Shown: positions 38,499 to 49,315 of the stretch, in pieces
Position numbering within the stretch: position 1 is the first letter of the stretch
Layout of the letters: the number at the start of each line of letters is the position of its first letter
IMG/VR virus record: IMGVR_UViG_3300042309_002320
Location: 1-64,000 of that record
Direction: 5' to 3' (one strand)
From: a virus
Length of the DNA: 64,000 bases
Notes under the pieces: model-generated
The model's input: only the letters and a program-made list of their open reading frames with translations
The model's database searches: none
What the model was told of the DNA's origin: nothing
Position numbers and translations under genes: made by a program

Positions 38499-38943
38499 TA
38501 TAGGATTTATGCTTATAAATATAGAAAATGATCAACACCATGATTCTATGCTACAAAATATTAGAAAATTGATAGATGCTAATCCATATAAAAATATTGT
38601 TATATTTAATAGTATTTGTAATAAAATTACTACTTATAATATCCCTATCTTGCATCTGAGTCACGCTAAATTTTTTGAGGGCGACTTATGGCTATTTGAT
38701 TTAACTAGTGTTATTATTAGTAAGAACTTCACCAATCTTAATAAAAAAATACTATATTGTAATGACATGCCGTGGTTAAAAAATAGAACTAATATATATA
38801 ACGAATGGCTAAAGATTTACGATTCTGATCTAGATTTTGTAACTACCAATCAATATTTGTATGATATATACAGTATATGTTGGAAAAAACCATTAGATAT
38901 TATGGAGAATTTCGATTATGAAAAAATACAACACATCGTATGA
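38485..38943 (+). CDS. Hypothetical protein, possible GT-B N-domain fragment
   Basis: KKILYCNDMPWL; translationally coupled within the GT cluster. Confidence 0.45.
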   Translation: MIKNNIGFMLINIENDQHHDSMLQNIRKLIDANPYKNIVIFNSICNKITTYNIPILHLSHAKFFEGDLWLFDLTSVIISKNFTNLNKKILYCNDMPWLKNRTNIYNEWLKIYDSDLDFVTTNQYLYDIYSICWKKPLDIMENFDYEKIQHIV

Positions 38944-39730
38944 CCAACTATCTGATCAAGATAAAAAAGATCTAATATTATCTTTATATTCATCAGAAGG
39001 TAAGAGCTTTGCTGATATAGCTACTATGTACGATACTTATGCTAATAGAATAAGACGAGACGCTAAAAAATATAATATAAAAATCAGAGATAAAAGCGAA
39101 GCTCAAAAAAATGCATTAAAAACTGGCAAACACTCTCATCCAACAAAAGGCAAAGAAAGATCAGAGGACACAAAACAAAAAATAGGGATGGGAGTATTAA
39201 ACGCATGGGAAAATCTCGAAGACAACGAAATACAAAAAAGAAAGCTTAAAGCTAAACAAAATTGGGAAAATTTAGACGATAACACAAAAGAAAACATACT
39301 TAAATCTGCTAATATGGCAGTAAGAACCACCAGCAAGGTAGGATCAAAATTAGAAAAATATCTACATAAAAGACTATTAAGTGATGGTTATAAAGTAGAG
39401 TTTCATAAAGAGCAAACACTGGTAAACACAAGGTTGCAAATTGACCTGTTCGTTCCTAGTATAAATCTAGCTATAGAAGTGGATGGTCCATCTCACTTCA
39501 CTCCTGTGTGGGGCCAAGAATCTTTAAAAAGAAATAAAAACTACGATAATAAAAAAGAAGGATTAATCATTGGTAAAGGATGGAACTTATTGAGAATTAT
39601 ACAAACTAAAGATTATTCTGATGCTCGTGCGTTTTTGATCTATGATCAAATACTACAGATTATAAAAACAAATCATTCTGATCTCATTTCTGGACAACAG
39701 AAATTTATTATAAAGGATACCAATGGCTAA
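38918..39730 (+). CDS. HTH + NUMOD3 + DUF559/Vsr-like endonuclease
   Basis: KSFADIA...RR HTH; HPTKGKERSEDTKQKIG NUMOD3; IDLFVP..LAIEVDGPSH nuclease motif. Confidence 0.75.
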   Translation: MKKYNTSYDQLSDQDKKDLILSLYSSEGKSFADIATMYDTYANRIRRDAKKYNIKIRDKSEAQKNALKTGKHSHPTKGKERSEDTKQKIGMGVLNAWENLEDNEIQKRKLKAKQNWENLDDNTKENILKSANMAVRTTSKVGSKLEKYLHKRLLSDGYKVEFHKEQTLVNTRLQIDLFVPSINLAIEVDGPSHFTPVWGQESLKRNKNYDNKKEGLIIGKGWNLLRIIQTKDYSDARAFLIYDQILQIIKTNHSDLISGQQKFIIKDTNG

Positions 39731-40442
39731 AAAAGATAAAAATGAAGTTGCTGAAGATAATATTGTTGAAAAGAAAATTCCAACAATTGCTGATTTAGAC
39801 TGGACAGATTATGTTCTAGGGCTTTTATCTGACGATGAAAAGATTAGTGGCAATCCAACAACGGATGGTTTAAGGCGTATTTTTGAAACTGTTTTAAACT
39901 GTAGATTAATATCATCAACAAGTTTGGTTGTTCAATCTCCTAGTCCGGAAAATGAAAAAAGAGCAACGGTTATACACTCACTATCATACTGTTTAAATCC
40001 AACCCTTCAGGACTCAAACGGTTTAAATATTGTGTCTGTGGATGGCTCTGCGGACGTATACTGGGGTAACTGTGACAAGGTTTATAGGAATCACCCGGTT
40101 GCTGTTGCAGAAACAAGGGCCGAGGGCAGAGCATTGCGCAGAGCATTAAGATTGCGCAAAGTAGTAGCGGCAGAAGAACTGTCCAAAGAAATCGAAGATC
40201 ATCCTGATCAAAATAGTGTTAATAAAATTAGTAATCAACAAATTAATTTTATAGATGTTTTAGCTCAAAGACTAAATATTAATGTGACTAAACTATTAGA
40301 AGAAAATAGTATAAAAACAGATAATATTTATAACTTGACTCATGAATCAGCCGTTGATATAATAAGATTATTGTCCAAGTACCAACAAAATATGGACAGT
40401 ATTGCTGAAACTATATTAGGCTACTCAAACGAATGGAAGTAA
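39723..40442 (+). CDS. Putative ssDNA-annealing protein (Rad52/Sak/ERF-like)
   Basis: AVAETRAEGRALRRAL motif; C-terminal IS.QQI.FI helical domain. Confidence 0.55.
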   Translation: MAKKDKNEVAEDNIVEKKIPTIADLDWTDYVLGLLSDDEKISGNPTTDGLRRIFETVLNCRLISSTSLVVQSPSPENEKRATVIHSLSYCLNPTLQDSNGLNIVSVDGSADVYWGNCDKVYRNHPVAVAETRAEGRALRRALRLRKVVAAEELSKEIEDHPDQNSVNKISNQQINFIDVLAQRLNINVTKLLEENSIKTDNIYNLTHESAVDIIRLLSKYQQNMDSIAETILGYSNEWK

Positions 40443-40445
40443 TTT

Positions 40446-40769
40446 ATGAAAGTTTTATATAAAGCTAATGATAAGCTACAATTTGAACTTGAGGCTAGTG
40501 GACAAAAAGAGATTTTTAAAGAACTGGCACTGATACAGGAAATTTTTAGTGAGTCCAAATGCGGCATGTGTGGTAGTACAAATCTTAAATTTGTGGTAAG
40601 AAATGTTGATGGAAATGATTACTACGAACTAAGATGTGCTGATTGTGGCGCTGTTCTAGCTTTTGGTCAACACAAAAAGGGTGGCACATTATTTCCAAAG
40701 CGTAAAGATGATAATGGAAATTATTTACCACATAATGGTTGGCATAAATGGACAAAAGATAAAGAATAG
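40446..40769 (+). CDS. Zinc-ribbon hypothetical protein
   Basis: CGMC...CADC. Confidence 0.7.
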   Translation: MKVLYKANDKLQFELEASGQKEIFKELALIQEIFSESKCGMCGSTNLKFVVRNVDGNDYYELRCADCGAVLAFGQHKKGGTLFPKRKDDNGNYLPHNGWHKWTKDKE

Positions 40770-41132
40770 TTACCATTTATTCACTGGGCATTTTTCGCTA
40801 TCCCAGCTTAATTTGCTAATATAATTTCGTGTTCTATTTATTGGACAGCCACACTGTAAACAGGATTGATTTTTAAAGAATTCGCAGCTCTCGCATATTT
40901 TAAATCTTCTCTCTATTTCTTCATCTTTGGCTAACACAAAATTATTTTTAGCATGAGCGACCAAGCTTTTAGAGAAGTTTTTAATTTTTGTGCCAAATCC
41001 TGGCTCTTCTGATCTAATATCCATATAAGAACATGGAAAAATCGGTGGATTATTATCTTCAACAGTGATCTCTAGTCCACATTTTGAGCATTTGTAAGTG
41101 TTATCTCTTATGCTTATAAACTCACAAAACAT
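40770..41132 (-). CDS. Cys-rich DUF6171-like protein
   Basis: RFKICESC...CLQCGC...K......CPVNKW. Confidence 0.7.
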   Translation of the reverse strand: MFCEFISIRDNTYKCSKCGLEITVEDNNPPIFPCSYMDIRSEEPGFGTKIKNFSKSLVAHAKNNFVLAKDEEIERRFKICESCEFFKNQSCLQCGCPINRTRNYISKLSWDSEKCPVNKW

Positions 41133-41134
41133 AA

Positions 41135-44100
41135 TTATTTTTCTCTCGGTGGTGGTGTATTCGTAAAAAATTCATATGGTATCATTTCCCATAGAAACTG
41201 ACTTTTTAATATGGTGCCTTTATTTTCTATTCGATCTATTGATCCATAAAATGTTCTATACATCATCTCATTCATTAGTTGAAAAAACAATGGGGTTGTT
41301 GATGGTACTAATTTAGTATCTTCTATTTCCATACATTTCCAATAATAAATATTATTATTTAATATAGGCTGAAAAGACGAACCACTAACAGATCCCGCTT
41401 CTACTATCTCGTATGGATCCAAAATATCGCTAATTTGATTTCTTTTACCCGGTCTAAATAAACCAGTTGGACCATATCTATACACAGTACTGTAGATATC
41501 TAGTCCGCGTAATTGTCTAGGTATTTTTCTAAATTTTATTTTTAGATTATTTACATTATCTAAATTGCATACATTATATATTTTCATTGATTGACCAGCT
41601 CTAATACCTCCCAATGTTAATAGTCCAAAACCATCAACAGATTTTTGAGGAACAGAAGCCCCTATTGTTTCTCCTGGTGGAGGCAAACTAGAAACAAAAT
41701 TACCATCATCTGGTGGCGGTGGAGAAGGATCATCCGGATCACCACCTCCTACTCCACCAGGTAAATTGCCTATATCCAACACATCAGCATCCTGAGTACT
41801 ATTGGTTTTGTCTGCCTTGTTATCTTTTATTTCTAATGGGCTTAGTAATACATCATATGTTTCTATTGCTGTTACCATAATTTCTTTATAACTATTTATG
41901 GTATCCATTCCAGCAGCATTGCCATTGATATGATAATTTCTTTTTATCGTAACTTCTTCCCATTTTATAGGTAATCCTGCTGCTGTTGCTTTTTTTTCTA
42001 AATTAGTTTTATTTTTATTAACTATATTTTCTCCAATAGTATATTTATATGTTTCATATGGCCCACTTCTAAATCCACTAGTACTACCTTTGCTGTAATT
42101 TATACCATCAGGATCATCTTCTTCGTTTTCCAATATGGATCCTCGTTTATGATTACAAATATTATTTATTGCTAATTGAGGCATTCCATATATTCCTTGT
42201 ATATAATTTGCTGGTCTACAAACATATGTTATGCTTTTCAAAACTTTCGGTCTTAGCTCTTCCGCTATACTACAGCCTTGATGAGGATCCAAATTTATCC
42301 AGTAATTATCATTATCGTATTCGTACTCTATCTGAAAAGCTAAAAGAGATAATCTATCAAAAGGTCTGAATGTTTTAATTTTAGCTAAAATTTGAGGCTT
42401 AATACCATGTCTAGTTCGTTCAAAATCTCTAGTAATAGATACAATATCTTCTTTCAATATAGTATTTTCTTTAAATGTTGTAATATCATCAACCACAACG
42501 GATTCTAATACTGTAATAGATTCAATATTTTCACGAGCAATCTTTCCGGAGATAATAGATGTTTTATTTTTTATTGTTATTCTTGCTTTTTGATAATCGC
42601 TAGTTTCGTTTAATAGTTTTAGAATATCATTTCTTTCTTGATAAAAAACTCTAAGAGCTAATTCAGAGATTTTTTTATTAGAGTTATATTCTGTTAAAGA
42701 TTCATAGTGTCTATAAATATAGGATAAATTATAACTTTCAATGACTTTATTTGTGGCAACAATAGTATTTACGCCTATGTTTGATTCTACCTCTAAATTT
42801 ACATTAGTATTTTCTAATAAATTAAGCCTTGTTATTAAATTTTGAAAAACTTCATTACTTATAGGATCTCCATTAATATCTGTCGCTTCAATTGGCGGCT
42901 TCTCTTCATAATCATTTTCTATTGATATATAACCACTAGGGTACGGAACCATCGAAGAATCTCTAAAATTATTATTTCTTATATATGTTAAATGAATATT
43001 ATTAAAATCAACATTATTAAACGAAAAATATTTAGAATTACTTAATAAATTATCTAAAGTTGTTGAGTTTGCTGGATTATTTACTATATATTTACTATTA
43101 TTATCAACAACAGTAATAACATCATTCAGTTTATGGGGATAGGCTACAGAAGCACCTACATATTTTAAAGAATTAATTTGTTCACTTTGTTCTTTAGTAA
43201 AAAACATTTTATTATACAATAATCTATCTGATTTATGATTATTAAACATGTTACCAATTTTTTCAATATTATTGTACATAGGTATTTGAGATAGGATATT
43301 TTTATTTATTGTGTAAGACCCATCTCCATATGAACCATAACTATTTGTTGTATTATATACTTCCGGGTGCGGCCTATTTAATGATTCTTTTTCAAAAGCA
43401 TACATGTTCACAGGATTATTCTTTAAGTCTGTAGAGGACGATAATCCAAATACTACAATTACATTATTATCAGGACTAATAAAGTCTGCTTTATCCATAT
43501 CTAATCTATCTACTTTTAATATAGTATACGGTTTTTTATCTTTATAAATTAGTGCTTTACCTAATATTTTGGTAGTATATTTTGGAGTAGTATCCGCTGG
43601 TGCAACAGGTTGATCGGGCTGTGTCGATGTGGGTGTTACGGACGGGGTTTCTCCTGTTGGTCCATCAATAAGATTAACATCTATAATTGCATCTGGAGCA
43701 ATATTTTGACCACTAACTTGAACAATATCCTTAAAAGTAAATATCTCAAATGGTACAGTTCCGTCTATCATTATTAATTTTTTTTGATTAATATCTGAAT
43801 ACAGATTTTTAAAAATGCTATATTCGGTATCAGGTAAATCATTATATAAAACATGATTACGTGTTATATAATCTGATTTCTCACATAATATCGAAGGTTT
43901 TTGTGCTAAAGATACCCATTTACCAGTAGTCGGAACAAAATAGAGACCATCAACACAAACATTAGAGCTATCTGTAGATGAGAATCTTACATCCACAATA
44001 TCATCCGTATGATACGATATATTATTATAAGTCAATGGGCCGCTAACAGCATTAAACTCTGTGCAGCCTATGGTTAATTCTTTGATAGACTTTTCCTCTA

Positions 44101-47100
44101 GTAAATCTTTGATATTTTCAACTACTTTAACAGAAAATCTGGATAATTCTGGCAGCGTATCCTTATTTAATCTGATATAGTTATATTTTTTATATGGCAA
44201 TATAGGACTATTAGCGTATTTAAAAATAGAGGCTTCTGCTTTATACCAAAAAATATTATCTTTTGAAAAATTAATTAGTATTTTTTCTGGACTACCAAAA
44301 GGATATCGTTTGTAATCTTGATGATAAATATCATTAGCTATGGCTTGTCTAAAATCTTGAGCTCTTTGAGCATTAAAATAATTAACAATTTGTCCTACGG
44401 CTATAGACATAGCAATGTCGCCTCCTCCAAGACCCGCCATAATTCCTCCTAAACCACCAGCCCCACCAAGACCAACAGCTCCCGTATATGCGTATGTTGC
44501 AGCTAAAATAGCCAGCCATGGAAATTCTACGCCAGGAATACCCTTAATATTTCCAATGAGTTCCGGATCTGATGCTTCACAAATTGTATTATCTTGAAAA
44601 AATATATTAGGAGCATTAATATTTACAAATGGCATCATATGCTTATAGTTTTTTAAGTTTGCCATAAAACCATACCCACCATACTGGGGTGGCTTACCGT
44701 ACTCTATAAGAGATAATGCTTCATTATTTCCATATGAATTTAATGATGACAAGATTGGAGCCGTTGGTTTTTTAGTATCTCCAAAATGTAACAACAGCTC
44801 CCAACTACATAATGAACTATATAAACTACTAGAATTAATTTTATTAGTAAAATCATAAATATTTGTATATAATTGAGAATTAATAGTATTATCATTAGGC
44901 AACATATCATCATGTTCATCATATAATGTTATAGCGCAAGTAAAAAATGTGACATCGTTTTTATTAGGCCCTTTTGTTCCCTTAATCCCAGCACCACCTC
45001 TTGGTGGACAACGCACAGTAGAATCAAACATTGGTTTACCAGCATATTTACTAAATGTATTATTGGTAATGTTAAGCTTATTAGCCGTAACCGCATTATG
45101 ATAAATATTTACTTCTTGATCACTATATCCAAATGGACAAATAGATGGTTTTATAATATCATCAGTGTTAATAATATTTTGATAATTAGCAGCAACATAT
45201 CCTGAACTATTATTATAGTTATGATCGTTTACAACATTATATTTATTGGCATGGTCAGAGAATTTTAAACTAAGATTAAAACTATGATTCTGAATATATT
45301 CTTGATTTAAAAGATATAAGTGAGGATTCGATGTTGGTTCTTTATATGGAACAGAGATTCCAGCAACAGATGTTTTTGTAAATCTTGTATTCATATTAGA
45401 TAAGCTATATAAATATTGAGTTAAATCAGAATTATTAATATTTATTGGATTAAGAGGCCAGTCTTGTGGAGCTGCCAAGCTATCAAAATCTGATTGTATT
45501 GTTTGATCTATAAATATTGATCCTCCAGCAATTGGTGATTTATATCTTTCACCGCCACCAATTCTATATAGTTCATCTAGACATGGTTTAGAATCAAATA
45601 CTATACTTAAATCTTTTGTGTTAACATAGTTTAGAAAATTTAGTTTAACTTCTATATCTTTAATAGAAAAATTCAATACTCTAGGATTTCTAAAGCCTTT
45701 CCATGTTCCGGTTGGATTTGGTAAGTTTTCATAATAGTTTGCTGGTTGCTCTCCATTATCTTTAATACAATTTGGATTGGATCTTCTGGCCTTACTCATA
45801 TATTTGACTATATCTTCTGGTATAGGCCCTGGAGGATATCTTGGTCCAGAAACTGGGAAAAGATATTTAAACCTATTATTTTCTGAATCACTAATGAAAC
45901 CAAATTCATCCATGAAGGGTGAAAAATTATCGTAAGATCTAGCTTCGTATCTTTTTGGATCTCCTCCTCTTAATATTCTATATCCATGATCATAGGCTTT
46001 TCCATTTGCGCTAGGTATATCTTGATCGCCGTATTCTCTATGGATTTGATTAAGCCAAACCCAGTGAGGAGGACTATCGGATCTACACGGTGTTGTTCCG
46101 CCACATTGTATGCTTTCTTGAATCCACTGAGCGCCTTCTGCTATTCCTATCTCTATTGATGATTTAAATTGTATTGGAATAATAAAAAGATTATTTCCGC
46201 TATATATATAGCTATCATTCTGAATATTGTTTATACTAGGGCCGCTAAAACTATAAGACTCTCTAGCTCCAACATTGAATTTTAAAACACTAGATAGATT
46301 CTCTATGCCGCTATGTAATGGACTATCATAAGATATCCATCCGCTTTGAGGATGAAAAACACCCTTTTTAAAATCGATATATTTATCAGAATTATCCGGT
46401 ATAATATCCTCAAAACAATATTTAAAGCCCTCTGCAAAATAAGGAGGATCCAATGATGGTTTGTCAGATTTATAATTTAATGGCTTTCCTGTGATAGCCG
46501 GAAACACAGTTCCAGGATCCGGATGATTAGGAATACTTATTCCTATATTATTAATTATTTCATTATCCCAGCCACCATATGATTTTATTTTTGGTGAAAA
46601 ATCGGTACTAAAAGTCTCATTATTTTCCTTATCAAGTGCTCCACCCCAAGATCTATAATGATAAGTATTATTTTCCCATCCATCTAGAGTAGAACCCTTT
46701 CCTCTTATCCAGTTTCCTCTTGATCCGTATAGATCTGTTGAATATAAACTAAAACAATTAGCGCATTTTGGATCAGAATGGTGTCTTATATGTTCAAGTT
46801 TTATTTTATCTAACCTATATTGAATATTAGCATCAGAAAAATATCTTAATATAATATTAGAAGATTGATCATACTTATAGGATGAGTCCGCTTTGCCATC
46901 TTTTATAGGTCCTCCATAGTAATCTTCTAAATAGTATAGCGTATTGTTAATTAATTTTTCTGGCCGACTCTTTAGAACTTTAATATCTGATGTCATGGCT
47001 ATAGGTAAAGCTAATCCTCTACCATGTATTGCTATACTATTTATAATTGGAGTATGAACTCTTAAATTTTTAGAATTTAATATAATATCATGTTTTTCTC

Positions 47101-49315
47101 TATCTATAATATATTCTATATCTGCTGGATCCGGTTTAATCGGAGGCGGAGGTTTTCCTATTCCTCCCGGCCCCGTTGACGGAAAAGAAGTTGATATTGG
47201 TGACAAATATCGTCCTCTAACATCTTTAGGAAAAAATTGATTGGGAGTATTGTTTAGATCGGGGCTCATTAGACCAACAAGACTAGTAACATAAAATGTT
47301 TTAATCTTAACAAATGTGCCGTATGGAGTTATAATCGTGCATTTTATTTGATACCTTCCTGTAGAATATGGAGCAACATAAACTTCTGGCCCATGAGACA
47401 ATGATTCAAAGCCAACAACTTGTCCAGTATAATCTTTTATAGTTTGTTGAACCTGAGATGTATCAGAAAATAATTGTGGGCCACCTTTAGTAGATATAGA
47501 TAAAATAATATCATTAATAAATAATACTGGTGGTCCACTAACTTTTTCCCATTTACACACAAAATCTTTTCTGACTAATATATCAGAAGGATTATTCTCA
47601 TCCTCTGCTGTTTTATAAGAATCTATATCCAGAGTTTCTGGTAAAACTCTTAATAGAATTAGATCCGATAGATTACTAGTGTAGTTTAATCCTAGCACCG
47701 ATCCATCTTTATATTTAAAAACGCATGTATTTGGACTATTGTCATTTTTAATGTTATTGTATTCTGGTAAACTTGGATCATTAGTAGATTTAGCAAGAAC
47801 TAGGTTGATTTTATTGATTTTTTCATTATATTTAATAATTGGTCTAGCAGAATCCCATAGCATCAGGTCTGATCTGGGAATAATATTTGCTGGTACTTTA
47901 GGATTTTGTTTAAACTTTAAACCAATTCTTGATTTTGTTTCAGCATAATTTGTATCTATACTTAGATCGCCAACCTCTATGCTTTGATTAGTATATAATA
48001 TAGCATTTTTTACTTCGGACTTGACAATATATTCACCAAACTGATCTACTCTAACATTCGCTCCGTATTCTAATGGTTTATTAGATGTTACAACCCCTTC
48101 TGCTCCTAGTATAAGTTTAGATCCATATTTTTGTACTAATTTTTGTTTTAATCCTACTGTGTTATATATAATATTATTATTTAAATTTCTAGTATTATCA
48201 TCATTATCGGTAGAACTTAGCTTACTGAAATATGAACTTATTTTATTAAGACATTCTATCGTAGACTGTAAATGACCAATGCCTGTTGATACATAGTTAT
48301 TATTTATGAAAATATTTACGAACTCCATTACTTCTTTAGTATATAATCTACTAATACTAAATTCATCTATAAATGGACTGGTAGCAATATATTTAGATAA
48401 ATTTTTATAGCTTCTTGCTGTATGTGTTTGTCTATAAGATTCTCTTCTCTTTAGATCAAATGTTAATTTATGATATATAGCATTATATGCTTGATATAAA
48501 GATGGCGAGCAAAAAGAACGAGGAGCAATGCCAGGAAATTGTGCCATATATTCATCAAAATTTATATAATAACTATATACATCGCCATCTGGAATCCATA
48601 AAAGATATTTGCTTTGTCCTATAACTATGTCGCTATATGTGCTTACGCTACTTGATGTAGAAACACCCATACGATTTTCTTCAACAAAAATATCACTATC
48701 TAAAAATAATGCATTATTACCAATAGTAGATAATTTAACATAATTATTTTTGCTGTCTCCATAATTAAATTCTATATATTCGCTATTTATAAACTTGCTA
48801 GATGTTTTATTTGGATCGTTAGTTTCATATAGAGTTTCTTCATCAATTTTAACGAATGATCTTGATGTGTTAAAAAGCTTAACTCTTGCATTATTTGGAA
48901 ACTCAGATAATTTTTTACCAGTTTTGGACGGAACGATTCTTTTAAACCAGCACATTAGACCATGTACTGGAAAATAAGATATATTTTGTCTATTTAGAGT
49001 CCAATCTGTTGACATATATCCATTTGTTTTCCAAAAATTAAACTTTGGATTAATAATCTTTAAGAAATTTTGTATACCTAAAATATTATTTTCATTATTA
49101 TATCCTGAAACATATCCTTTATCTAACAATAGGGTGTTGTCGATAGTACTATTATCTTTAGTTATAAAAAGAGGGGTCCATACATTATCCGCAGCTTCAG
49201 TGGTGCTGATCAGATTATTTAGAATATCGTTCCTCACACTAGCAGCATTAATACTGTTTTTTTGATCTATCAAATCTTCTAAAAAGGTTTTATCGTATAT
49301 AATACAATTATTCAT
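41135..49315 (-). CDS. Very large putative virion/tail protein (2726 aa)
   Basis: Uninterrupted ORF; PKD-like segment (WEKVSGP...GRYQIKC), P-domain-like segment (IKDIEVKLN...CSWEL) and a Gly-rich hydrophobic segment. Confidence 0.7.
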   Translation of the reverse strand: MNNCIIYDKTFLEDLIDQKNSINAASVRNDILNNLISTTEAADNVWTPLFITKDNSTIDNTLLLDKGYVSGYNNENNILGIQNFLKIINPKFNFWKTNGYMSTDWTLNRQNISYFPVHGLMCWFKRIVPSKTGKKLSEFPNNARVKLFNTSRSFVKIDEETLYETNDPNKTSSKFINSEYIEFNYGDSKNNYVKLSTIGNNALFLDSDIFVEENRMGVSTSSSVSTYSDIVIGQSKYLLWIPDGDVYSYYINFDEYMAQFPGIAPRSFCSPSLYQAYNAIYHKLTFDLKRRESYRQTHTARSYKNLSKYIATSPFIDEFSISRLYTKEVMEFVNIFINNNYVSTGIGHLQSTIECLNKISSYFSKLSSTDNDDNTRNLNNNIIYNTVGLKQKLVQKYGSKLILGAEGVVTSNKPLEYGANVRVDQFGEYIVKSEVKNAILYTNQSIEVGDLSIDTNYAETKSRIGLKFKQNPKVPANIIPRSDLMLWDSARPIIKYNEKINKINLVLAKSTNDPSLPEYNNIKNDNSPNTCVFKYKDGSVLGLNYTSNLSDLILLRVLPETLDIDSYKTAEDENNPSDILVRKDFVCKWEKVSGPPVLFINDIILSISTKGGPQLFSDTSQVQQTIKDYTGQVVGFESLSHGPEVYVAPYSTGRYQIKCTIITPYGTFVKIKTFYVTSLVGLMSPDLNNTPNQFFPKDVRGRYLSPISTSFPSTGPGGIGKPPPPIKPDPADIEYIIDREKHDIILNSKNLRVHTPIINSIAIHGRGLALPIAMTSDIKVLKSRPEKLINNTLYYLEDYYGGPIKDGKADSSYKYDQSSNIILRYFSDANIQYRLDKIKLEHIRHHSDPKCANCFSLYSTDLYGSRGNWIRGKGSTLDGWENNTYHYRSWGGALDKENNETFSTDFSPKIKSYGGWDNEIINNIGISIPNHPDPGTVFPAITGKPLNYKSDKPSLDPPYFAEGFKYCFEDIIPDNSDKYIDFKKGVFHPQSGWISYDSPLHSGIENLSSVLKFNVGARESYSFSGPSINNIQNDSYIYSGNNLFIIPIQFKSSIEIGIAEGAQWIQESIQCGGTTPCRSDSPPHWVWLNQIHREYGDQDIPSANGKAYDHGYRILRGGDPKRYEARSYDNFSPFMDEFGFISDSENNRFKYLFPVSGPRYPPGPIPEDIVKYMSKARRSNPNCIKDNGEQPANYYENLPNPTGTWKGFRNPRVLNFSIKDIEVKLNFLNYVNTKDLSIVFDSKPCLDELYRIGGGERYKSPIAGGSIFIDQTIQSDFDSLAAPQDWPLNPININNSDLTQYLYSLSNMNTRFTKTSVAGISVPYKEPTSNPHLYLLNQEYIQNHSFNLSLKFSDHANKYNVVNDHNYNNSSGYVAANYQNIINTDDIIKPSICPFGYSDQEVNIYHNAVTANKLNITNNTFSKYAGKPMFDSTVRCPPRGGAGIKGTKGPNKNDVTFFTCAITLYDEHDDMLPNDNTINSQLYTNIYDFTNKINSSSLYSSLCSWELLLHFGDTKKPTAPILSSLNSYGNNEALSLIEYGKPPQYGGYGFMANLKNYKHMMPFVNINAPNIFFQDNTICEASDPELIGNIKGIPGVEFPWLAILAATYAYTGAVGLGGAGGLGGIMAGLGGGDIAMSIAVGQIVNYFNAQRAQDFRQAIANDIYHQDYKRYPFGSPEKILINFSKDNIFWYKAEASIFKYANSPILPYKKYNYIRLNKDTLPELSRFSVKVVENIKDLLEEKSIKELTIGCTEFNAVSGPLTYNNISYHTDDIVDVRFSSTDSSNVCVDGLYFVPTTGKWVSLAQKPSILCEKSDYITRNHVLYNDLPDTEYSIFKNLYSDINQKKLIMIDGTVPFEIFTFKDIVQVSGQNIAPDAIIDVNLIDGPTGETPSVTPTSTQPDQPVAPADTTPKYTTKILGKALIYKDKKPYTILKVDRLDMDKADFISPDNNVIVVFGLSSSTDLKNNPVNMYAFEKESLNRPHPEVYNTTNSYGSYGDGSYTINKNILSQIPMYNNIEKIGNMFNNHKSDRLLYNKMFFTKEQSEQINSLKYVGASVAYPHKLNDVITVVDNNSKYIVNNPANSTTLDNLLSNSKYFSFNNVDFNNIHLTYIRNNNFRDSSMVPYPSGYISIENDYEEKPPIEATDINGDPISNEVFQNLITRLNLLENTNVNLEVESNIGVNTIVATNKVIESYNLSYIYRHYESLTEYNSNKKISELALRVFYQERNDILKLLNETSDYQKARITIKNKTSIISGKIARENIESITVLESVVVDDITTFKENTILKEDIVSITRDFERTRHGIKPQILAKIKTFRPFDRLSLLAFQIEYEYDNDNYWINLDPHQGCSIAEELRPKVLKSITYVCRPANYIQGIYGMPQLAINNICNHKRGSILENEEDDPDGINYSKGSTSGFRSGPYETYKYTIGENIVNKNKTNLEKKATAAGLPIKWEEVTIKRNYHINGNAAGMDTINSYKEIMVTAIETYDVLLSPLEIKDNKADKTNSTQDADVLDIGNLPGGVGGGDPDDPSPPPPDDGNFVSSLPPPGETIGASVPQKSVDGFGLLTLGGIRAGQSMKIYNVCNLDNVNNLKIKFRKIPRQLRGLDIYSTVYRYGPTGLFRPGKRNQISDILDPYEIVEAGSVSGSSFQPILNNNIYYWKCMEIEDTKLVPSTTPLFFQLMNEMMYRTFYGSIDRIENKGTILKSQFLWEMIPYEFFTNTPPPREK

